A DNA stretch of 64,000 nt, taken from an uncultured delta proteobacterium (GTDB lineage: Bacteria; Myxococcota; Myxococcia; Myxococcales; Myxococcaceae). Below the pieces are notes generated by a model, which worked only from the letters and a program-made list of their open reading frames with translations, was not told where the DNA came from and made no database searches. Below are positions 57,201-64,000 of the stretch, one piece after another. The stretch is taken from positions 2,304,001 to 2,368,000 of the forward strand of contig CAWCKH010000004.1 of NCBI GenBank assembly GCA_963796055.1. The letters are read 5' to 3'. Numbering within the stretch: position 1 is the first letter of the stretch; each line of letters begins with the position of its first letter. A program made the translations under genes and the position numbers.

Positions 57201-57935
57201 ATGTGGAAACGCTTCAAGCGAGCAATGCGCAGCTTCTTCGGCTTCTTCGTCTCGGGCATCGAGAACCCGGAGCTGATCCTGGAGCAGAACATCCGTGACC
57301 TGAACGATCAGGTCCCGCGGATGAACGAGTCGATCGCCATGGTCCGGGCGAACCTCACCCTGCTGGAGAAGGAGAACCAGAAGTACCAGACCGAGGTGAA
57401 CGACCTCACCGCCAAGGTGAAGGCCGCGATCCAGGCCAACCGCGACGACCTCGCCGCCTCCTACGCCACCCGGCTCCAGATGGAGAAGCAGGCGCTGGAG
57501 CGCAACATCCAGCAGCTCACCACTGCGAAGGCCGCCTACGAGAAGGCGATGAACGTCAAGAAGATGTTCATGCGCGAGAAGGAGAAGAAGACCCAGGAGG
57601 CGATGAACGCCATCCGCGACGCGCGCCGGGCGCAGTGGCAGTCCAAGGTGGCCGACGCGATGGAGTCCTTCGAGGTCGCCGGCATCGACGCCACCCACGA
57701 CGAGATGCTTCGCAAGGTGGAGGAGCAGACCGCGGTGAACGAGGCCCGGATGTCGATGGCGCTGGAGTCGGTGGACCACCAGGCGCTGCAGATCGAGGAG
57801 GACGCCGAGAAGCTGCAGGCCCAGGAGCTGGTGAAGCAGTTCAAGATGGAGATGGGGCTGGTCTCGCCCGCACCGGTGTCCGAGACCGGCGAGGCACCCG
57901 AGAAGACCATCGGCAAGAAGGTGGAGGTGAAGTAA
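57201..57935 (+). CDS. pspA: PspA/IM30 family protein
   Basis: Amphipathic N-terminus [28 protein letters not shown] and all-helical coiled coil. Confidence 0.9.
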   Translation: MWKRFKRAMRSFFGFFVSGIENPELILEQNIRDLNDQVPRMNESIAMVRANLTLLEKENQKYQTEVNDLTAKVKAAIQANRDDLAASYATRLQMEKQALERNIQQLTTAKAAYEKAMNVKKMFMREKEKKTQEAMNAIRDARRAQWQSKVADAMESFEVAGIDATHDEMLRKVEEQTAVNEARMSMALESVDHQALQIEEDAEKLQAQELVKQFKMEMGLVSPAPVSETGEAPEKTIGKKVEVK

Positions 57936-57948
57936 GCCACTCCCGGCG

Positions 57949-59115
57949 ATGGCCTGGCGGCGCAAGACGGGGCTGTATCTCTTCCTGTTGCTGCTCCTCG
58001 TCGCCGGTGGCTGGGTCGCGGCGAGCCGGGGCGGGCTGCTCGACCGGGCCAGCCGCCGACTCTTCCCCGCGCTGGAGAAGATCGGGACGCTCTCCCCGGG
58101 TGACTTCCCGGCCGGGGTCACTGCCCCGGGCGGAGACATCGCCTCGGTCCCGCTCCGGCCCACGCTGGTGGGCTTCAATCCCCGCGGCTCCGCCGCCGCG
58201 CTGCTCCTCGCCACCGGAGGGGTGGGCGCCGACGCTCAGGGCAAGGCCGGGCTGCTCCGGACCGGCTACGCGCTCGACGCCCGGGCGGTGGTGTTCGCCC
58301 GCCCGGCCGAGCTGCGCAAGGCGCTGCAGGATGGCGCCGAGCGGGGCGGGGTGGACATGGCCGCGCTCACCGTGGACCGGGTGGCGAGCTGGATCCACCC
58401 CCTCCGCGACGCCGCCCCGCGGGTGGTGCTTCTCCTCGCCCGGAGCCAGGGAGCAGACGCCCTCGGGGCGGTGGGCGTCTCCAGCCTGGCCGAGCTCAAG
58501 GGCCGCCGGCTGGCGGTGGCCACCGCGGGGCCGGGGCAGTACTTCGCGCTGTGGCTCCTGATGCGTGCCGGACTGGGCATGCCGGACGTGCGCTGGGTCG
58601 ATCTCCCCTCCGCCCTGGACGCGGGGCTGGCGCTGCGCGAGGGGCGGGCCGACGCCATCGTCGGGCTGCGGGGGGACGTCGAGGCCGCCACCGCCGATCG
58701 CGGCGGCAAGGTGCTGGCCACCACCGCCGACGCTCCGCATCTGGTGGCCACGGTGCTGGTGGTGAGGGGCGAGTTCGCCGCCCGCTACCCGGACGGCGTG
58801 CGCCGGATCCTCCGCGGACTGCTCGAGGCGGCGGCGGCCACCGCCCGCGACCCGATGCCCGCGGCGCGTCTGCTCGGCGAGGTGGCTCCGTCGCTCGGCG
58901 ACCCGCGCGAGGCGGTGCACGTCGAGCCGCCGGCCACCCTCCGCGAGAATCTCGCGTTCTTCGGCATCGCCGGGCAGGCGCCGGTCACCTACGACGAGCT
59001 GTTCCAGAGCGCGGCGGCCCTCGAGGCGCGGCTGGGGAAGTCGCCTCCGCCTCCGGCGGCGGAGGACACCCGAGATCTCACGGTGCTCCGGAGCCTCGGG
59101 GAGGCGCGCCCGTGA
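57949..59115 (+). CDS. Membrane-anchored substrate-binding protein (SsuA/NMT1-THI5-like)
   Basis: N-terminal TM helix, [19 protein letters not shown] and GRADAIV. Confidence 0.75.
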   Translation: MAWRRKTGLYLFLLLLLVAGGWVAASRGGLLDRASRRLFPALEKIGTLSPGDFPAGVTAPGGDIASVPLRPTLVGFNPRGSAAALLLATGGVGADAQGKAGLLRTGYALDARAVVFARPAELRKALQDGAERGGVDMAALTVDRVASWIHPLRDAAPRVVLLLARSQGADALGAVGVSSLAELKGRRLAVATAGPGQYFALWLLMRAGLGMPDVRWVDLPSALDAGLALREGRADAIVGLRGDVEAATADRGGKVLATTADAPHLVATVLVVRGEFAARYPDGVRRILRGLLEAAAATARDPMPAARLLGEVAPSLGDPREAVHVEPPATLRENLAFFGIAGQAPVTYDELFQSAAALEARLGKSPPPPAAEDTRDLTVLRSLGEARP

Positions 59116-59909
59116 GCCGGAGATGGAACGTCTTGTGGGCCGCGCTGGCCGCCCCGGCCAACGTCGTCGGGCTGGCCACCGCCGGCGGGGCGGCGCTCCT
59201 CACCGGACACTCGCTGCCGGCCCTCGTGGCGCTGGGCGCGGAGGCGTTCTACCTCGCGGCCGTGGGTCTCGTTCCCTCGCTCCGGCGTGCGGTGGGCTCC
59301 CGGCCCAGCCGGCCCGAGGACGAGGAGGTGGAGCGGCTTCTCGCCGAGCTGGCCGAGAGCCAGCGCGAGCACTACTTCGTGCTCCGGGATCTGCGCGACT
59401 CCATCCTCGAGAACTACCGGAAGCTCCCCGCTGGCGGGGTGCTGGCCGCCTCCAGCGAGTCGCAGCTGGCAGCGCTGCTCACCGCCTTCCTCCGGCTGCT
59501 GTCCACGCTCAACGATCACCGCCGCTATCTGGGCATCGCCGATCGCGAGGCGCTCCGCCGGGAGCTCACCCTGCTCGAGTCGGAGCTGGGAGCACAGGAC
59601 AACGTTCGGCTCCGGGAGGTTCAGGAGAAGCGGGCGGACATCCTCCGCCGCCGGCTGGAGCGCTTCGCCCAGGCCGAGGAGAGCAGGGCGGTGGTGAGTC
59701 ACCAGCTGGCGAGCATCGAGGATCTGGTGAGGCTCACCCACGAGCAGTCCATCTCCATCCGGGACCCCGCGGCGGTGACCGGGATGCTGGACGCGCTGGC
59801 CGCGGAGGTGAGCGCCACCGAGAAGACGGTGCGCGAGCTGGAGCAGTTCCTCGACGTCACCGAGGAGCCGGGCGCCTCGGCGGGACGGCGCACCCGGGTG
59901 CGGGGATGA
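59112..59909 (+). CDS. Hypothetical protein, N-terminal membrane hairpin plus coiled coil
   Basis: GTGA overlaps the upstream stop and its stop overlaps the downstream ATG; two hydrophobic helices, then helical repeats. Confidence 0.72.
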   Translation: MSRRWNVLWAALAAPANVVGLATAGGAALLTGHSLPALVALGAEAFYLAAVGLVPSLRRAVGSRPSRPEDEEVERLLAELAESQREHYFVLRDLRDSILENYRKLPAGGVLAASSESQLAALLTAFLRLLSTLNDHRRYLGIADREALRRELTLLESELGAQDNVRLREVQEKRADILRRRLERFAQAEESRAVVSHQLASIEDLVRLTHEQSISIRDPAAVTGMLDALAAEVSATEKTVRELEQFLDVTEEPGASAGRRTRVRG

Positions 59910-60982
59910 GCCCCGCGGCCCTCGCGGCGCGGATCGGCGTCTGGGCGCACCAGCGGCTCCGGGATGTGGTGGACCGACTCGCGCCGCCGGAGCTGTTGCT
60001 CTCCGAGAGCATCACCGGGGTGGAACGCACCGCGCTGGCCGGGGTGCTGGTCTCGAGCGGCCTGGCCGAGCGGCTCGATGACACCCCCCGCTCCGCCCGC
60101 GAGCTGGCGGGGGACGGGGTGCGGGAGCGTGACACCGCCGAGCGTATCCTCCGAGGCGCGGCCGCGCTGGGGCTGCTCGAGCGCACCGACAAGGGGTTCC
60201 GGCGCAACCGCCTCACACGGGTGCTGCACCTGGACGGACCGCGCTCGCTCGGAGCGCTGGCCGTCTACTTCGCCTCCGAGTCGAACCTGGGTGCCTGGAG
60301 CCGCTTTCCGGAGGCGGTGCGCGCCGGCGAGGTGCCCTTCCGCCGCGCCCACGGCCACGGCGTCTGGGAGCACCTCGCCTCGTCCGAGGAGGAGGGTGCG
60401 CGGTTCGCCCGGGCGATGGAGGCGGTCACCCGCCTCGACGCCGGGGCGGTCGTCCGGACGCCGGGATTCTCCGGGCTGGAGGCGCTGTGCGACGTGGCCG
60501 GCGGCACGGGCGCGCTCCTCGAGGTGGCGCTCGGGGCGCATCCGCGGCTCCGGGGCGTGCTGGTCGACGCGCCGGGCGTGGTACAGCTCGCGCGAGCCCG
60601 GTTCGAGCGCGCCGGTCTCCTCGGGCGGGTCCGGCTCGAGCCGGCGGACGTCTTCGCCGGGGTGCCGGAGGGTCTCCCGGCGTACGTGCTGAAGGACGTG
60701 CTCCACGACTGGGACGACGCCCGGGCGCTGGCGCTCCTCGAGGTCGTCCGCCGGGCGATGCCCGCCGGAGCGCGGCTGCTGGTCGTCGAGCTCCTCCACG
60801 AGGGAGGCCCGGTAGAGGCGCTGGCCTCGCTGGTGGACCTCCAGATGCTGACGGTCACCGACGGAGGCCGGCAGCGGTCGGTGGGTGAGCTCTCCAGCCT
60901 GCTTCGGCGGGCGGGATTCGGCCCCCCGGCGGTGCACCGGACGCGCACCCCGAGCAGCGTGTTGGTCTCGGAGGCCGTGTAG
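59906..60982 (+). CDS. SAM-dependent O-methyltransferase (Methyltransf_2 type)
   Basis: Dimerisation N-domain, DVAGGTG, LKDVLHDWDD and GGRQRS. Confidence 0.9.
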   Translation: MSPAALAARIGVWAHQRLRDVVDRLAPPELLLSESITGVERTALAGVLVSSGLAERLDDTPRSARELAGDGVRERDTAERILRGAAALGLLERTDKGFRRNRLTRVLHLDGPRSLGALAVYFASESNLGAWSRFPEAVRAGEVPFRRAHGHGVWEHLASSEEEGARFARAMEAVTRLDAGAVVRTPGFSGLEALCDVAGGTGALLEVALGAHPRLRGVLVDAPGVVQLARARFERAGLLGRVRLEPADVFAGVPEGLPAYVLKDVLHDWDDARALALLEVVRRAMPAGARLLVVELLHEGGPVEALASLVDLQMLTVTDGGRQRSVGELSSLLRRAGFGPPAVHRTRTPSSVLVSEAV

Positions 60983-60996
60983 AGTCCCGGCCCGCC

Positions 60997-61776
60997 ATGG
61001 CCGAGGTCCTGACGACAGACGAAGCGAGGGTGCGGTGGATCACCCTCAACCGCCCCGAGACGCGGAACGCGCTCACCACGCAGGTGAACGACGCGGTCCG
61101 CGCGGCCGTCACCTCGGCGCCCACTGCCGGGGCGCGGGTGGTGGTGCTCAACGGGGCCGGAGGAGCGTTCAGCTCGGGCCTCGACCTGAGGGTCGCGGCC
61201 GAGGAGGGCGTGGACCCCGAGCGCATCGAGCTGCGCATGCGCACCCACTTCCACGGGCTCATCCGGGCCATCCGCGCCTGTCCGCTGCCCACCGTCGCCG
61301 TGGTGGACGGTCCGGCGGCCGGCTTCGGCTGCGACCTGGCGCTGGCCTGTGACCTCCGGCTGGTGTCGGACCGGGCGCGCTTCGGGGAGATCTTCGTCAA
61401 GCGGGGGCTCATGCCCGACGGAGGCGGCACCTGGATGCTCCCCAGGCTCATCGGGCTGGGACGGGCGCTGGAGCTGATGCTCACCGGAGACCTGGTGGAC
61501 GCCGCCGAGGCGCACCGCATCGGGCTGGCCAACCGGGTCTTCCCCGCGCCGCAGCTCGAATCCGCGGCATGGGAGTTCGCCCGGACCCTCGCCGCCGGCC
61601 CGCCGCTGGTGCACCGCGCGGTGAAGGCCGCGGTGGCAGCGGCGAGCCACGGGACCCTCGATGAGGCCCTGGAGGGAGAGGTGCGAGGGCAGCTGAAGCT
61701 GCTCGCCTCGGCGGATTTCCAGGAAGGTGTGGCGGCATTTCTGGAAAAGCGGCCGCCCGCGTTCAAGGGCGAGTGA
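60997..61776 (+). CDS. Enoyl-CoA hydratase/isomerase family protein (PaaG-like)
   Basis: ITLNRPETRNAL, FSSGLDL, GLMPDGG and DFQEGVAAFLEKRPP. Confidence 0.92.
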   Translation: MAEVLTTDEARVRWITLNRPETRNALTTQVNDAVRAAVTSAPTAGARVVVLNGAGGAFSSGLDLRVAAEEGVDPERIELRMRTHFHGLIRAIRACPLPTVAVVDGPAAGFGCDLALACDLRLVSDRARFGEIFVKRGLMPDGGGTWMLPRLIGLGRALELMLTGDLVDAAEAHRIGLANRVFPAPQLESAAWEFARTLAAGPPLVHRAVKAAVAAASHGTLDEALEGEVRGQLKLLASADFQEGVAAFLEKRPPAFKGE

Positions 61777-61826
61777 CAGAAGGGAAAAGCCCGGTGCGGG
61801 GGAGCAAGACGCACACCGTCGCCTCG

Positions 61827-61856
61827 TTGACCCTCCGCTCGGCCGGTCGCTAGGCT
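61827..61856 (+). promoter_or_regulatory. Candidate sigma70-type promoter for the kinase gene
   Basis: TTGACC-18 bp-TAGGCT upstream of the TTG at 61893. Confidence 0.4.
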
Positions 61857-61892
61857 TGCTGCCCGCGGTCGCTCCCCGAACAAACGCCTCCC

Positions 61893-64000
61893 TTGACCAG
61901 CCCCTCGCCGAAGAAGCAGCCGATCCCCTTCGGACGGTACCTGCTCCTCGACCGGATCAACATCGGCGGCATGGCCGAGGTCTGGCGGGGGAAGGTGTTC
62001 GGCGCCGGCGGCTTCGAGCGCCTGGTGGCGATCAAGCGCATCCTGCCGAACATCGCGGAGGACGAAGAGTTCATCTCCATGTTCCAGGACGAGGCGAAGA
62101 TCAGCGTCCAGCTGACCCACGCCAACATCTGTCAGATCTACGAGCTGAACCGGCTCGGCCCCAGCCTCTACATCGCGATGGAGTACGTGCCGGGCAAGGA
62201 CCTCCGCTCCATCTTCGAGCGGGCCCGGAAGAAGGGTGAGCCCCCTCCGGTGCCGCTGGTCTGCTACGTGATCGGCAAGCTGTGCGAGGGCCTGGACTAC
62301 GCCCATCGAAAGAAGGATCAGCACGGCCGGGACCTGAACGTGGTCCATCGCGACATCTCGCCCCAGAACGTCCTCATCTCCTTCGAGGGCGAGGTGAAGG
62401 TCATCGACTTCGGCATCGCCAAGGCCGCGGGCAAGGTGACCAAGACCCAGGCCGGCATCCTCAAGGGCAAGTTCGGCTACATGAGCCCGGAGCAGATCCG
62501 CGGGCTGCCGCTGGACCGGCGCAGCGACGTCTTCGCCATCGGGGTGTGCCTGTACGAGCTCCTCACCGGTGAGCGGCTGTTCGTCGGGGAGAGCGACTTC
62601 CAGGTGCTGGAGAAGGTGCGGAAGGCGGAGGTGCTCCCGCCCTCCACCTACAACCGGAAGATTCCCGAGGCGCTGGAGCGCATCGTGCTCAAGGCGCTGG
62701 CCAAGGACCCGACGGACCGCTTCCAGTACGCGAGCGAGCTCGCCGACGAGCTGCAGCGCTTCCTGATCACCTCGGACAGCATCTTCAGCCGCAAGGACCT
62801 GATGCAGTACATGAAGTCCACCTTCGCCGAGGAGGTGGAGCGCGAACGCGCCCGGGTGGCGGAGTACGCCGACATCAAGGCTCCGGAGGGCATGCTCGGC
62901 GAGGGCGGCCTGGGCGTGCCGGTGCTGCCCCGGAACACCGGGCCCATCCTCGCCGCGGTGCCGACGCCGCCGTCCACGCCGGCGGTTGTGAAGAGTGCCT
63001 CGCTCCCCCGGCTGACCGCCGCTTCCCCGGTGTCCCAGCCTCGGGAGGACGAGGGCACCCTGCTGGTCGACGGCAGCGAGGTGCTCGCCTCGGTGGAGGC
63101 GGCGCGGCCGGTGGTGCACCCCATTGCCGGCTCCGAGCCCCAGACCGACCCGGAGCGCGCCGCCGGTGCGGGCGAGTCCGGGGACCCTCCGGTCTCGCCG
63201 GTGGACGAGACCATCGTCCGCCTTCGCCCCGGCGCTCCGACCCCGGTGCCGTCCGGGCACGCGTCCGCCGTGGTTCCCCCGCCGCTTCCGCCGAGGCCGC
63301 AGCCGGCCGCGCCGGTGGCCGAGGCGGCGCCGCTGCCGCCGCCGGCGCCGGCTCAGGCTCCGGAGGAGACCGTCGGTGGGCTTCCCGTCCTGGCGACGCT
63401 CACCGGGCCCACCCCCCCGGCCTCGCCGCCGCCTGAGGCGCCGAGCGACTCGGTGCCGGTGGTGGCCCCCGCAGGCGACACCGTGGTGCCTGCCGCAACG
63501 GCCGAGGTCCCACAGCTTGGGGCCCAGGCCGGGGCGACGGCCCCCACCCCCGCGGCCGAGCTCGAGGCCGCGGACGTTGCCGCCGCACTGGGCGCACCCC
63601 GGGCGCGCCGGCAGGTGTGGCCCTGGGCCGCGGCCGCCATCGCGGCGCTCGCTGCAATCTGTGCCGCCTGGGCGCTGGTGCGCGAGCCCCCCAGGGGCCG
63701 GGTGGTGCTCGACGTGAGCCCGCCCGAGGCGCGGGGCCGGGTGCGGCTCACCGTGGCCGGCACCGACCTCGGTGTCCCGACGCACTGGCCGGTGGTGCAG
63801 CCTGCCCCGTCGGGGAAGGTGGAGATCCTCGCCTCGGCGGACGGGTTCAAGCCAGCGCTGGTGGAGGCCACCGTCGGACGTGGCGAGGCCCCGACGTCGG
63901 TGCTGGTGGCCCTGCAGCGCGCGGCCACGGTAGCCCGCTTCACCGTGCTCCCCGAGCCCGACGACGCCGAGGTGCGGCTCGACGGGCAGGTGGTGAAGCG
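61893..64000 (+). CDS. Hanks-type Ser/Thr protein kinase with Pro-rich linker, TM helix and PEGA-like domains; runs off the window
   Basis: Read directly, as it is missing from the ORF track: GGMAEV, VAIKR, HRDISPQN, DFGIAK, YMSPEQ and SDVF; no stop seen before 64000. Confidence 0.92.
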   Translation, partial: MTSPSPKKQPIPFGRYLLLDRINIGGMAEVWRGKVFGAGGFERLVAIKRILPNIAEDEEFISMFQDEAKISVQLTHANICQIYELNRLGPSLYIAMEYVPGKDLRSIFERARKKGEPPPVPLVCYVIGKLCEGLDYAHRKKDQHGRDLNVVHRDISPQNVLISFEGEVKVIDFGIAKAAGKVTKTQAGILKGKFGYMSPEQIRGLPLDRRSDVFAIGVCLYELLTGERLFVGESDFQVLEKVRKAEVLPPSTYNRKIPEALERIVLKALAKDPTDRFQYASELADELQRFLITSDSIFSRKDLMQYMKSTFAEEVERERARVAEYADIKAPEGMLGEGGLGVPVLPRNTGPILAAVPTPPSTPAVVKSASLPRLTAASPVSQPREDEGTLLVDGSEVLASVEAARPVVHPIAGSEPQTDPERAAGAGESGDPPVSPVDETIVRLRPGAPTPVPSGHASAVVPPPLPPRPQPAAPVAEAAPLPPPAPAQAPEETVGGLPVLATLTGPTPPASPPPEAPSDSVPVVAPAGDTVVPAATAEVPQLGAQAGATAPTPAAELEAADVAAALGAPRARRQVWPWAAAAIAALAAICAAWALVREPPRGRVVLDVSPPEARGRVRLTVAGTDLGVPTHWPVVQPAPSGKVEILASADGFKPALVEATVGRGEAPTSVLVALQRAATVARFTVLPEPDDAEVRLDGQVVK

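Noticed and set aside
60855..63785. 976-aa minus-strand ORF
   Set aside because: Antisense shadow of the enoyl-CoA hydratase and kinase genes.

Overview
Very GC-rich, gene-dense core-genome segment, most likely from a myxobacterium (CarF, an AgmX/PglI-type C-terminal domain protein, a PEGA-domain Ser/Thr kinase and an ftp-like type III PKS cluster point that way). Left to right it holds: a partial BamA/TamA gene, a Tat-signal amidase, a five-gene type III PKS/methyltransferase/ACP/FAAL/FAD-oxidoreductase cluster preceded by a GNAT-aminotransferase-isochorismatase-Ppx-MFS run, a divergent cupin / HTH-TM-beta-propeller pair, tolQRAB, murI, carF, fdhD, a GNAT-MobA fusion, an ABC exporter, glutathione peroxidase, ftsEX-envC...ctpA, an MBL-fold/ECF sigma/ZAS anti-sigma unit, a GT2 synthase, ftsY, RNase P RNA, rnhA, a nucleoside catabolism cluster carrying two tandem outer-membrane barrels and a PilZ gene, a pspA module and a partial kinase. 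No CRISPR, prophage, transposase, tRNA or rRNA was seen. The most unusual sequence-level signal is an ~85-90 bp repeat element (six copies at two loci) whose three independent insertion points all start exactly at a TAG stop codon in the sense orientation. Two genes carry single-base frameshifts. All product calls come from motif recognition by eye, not from database searches.
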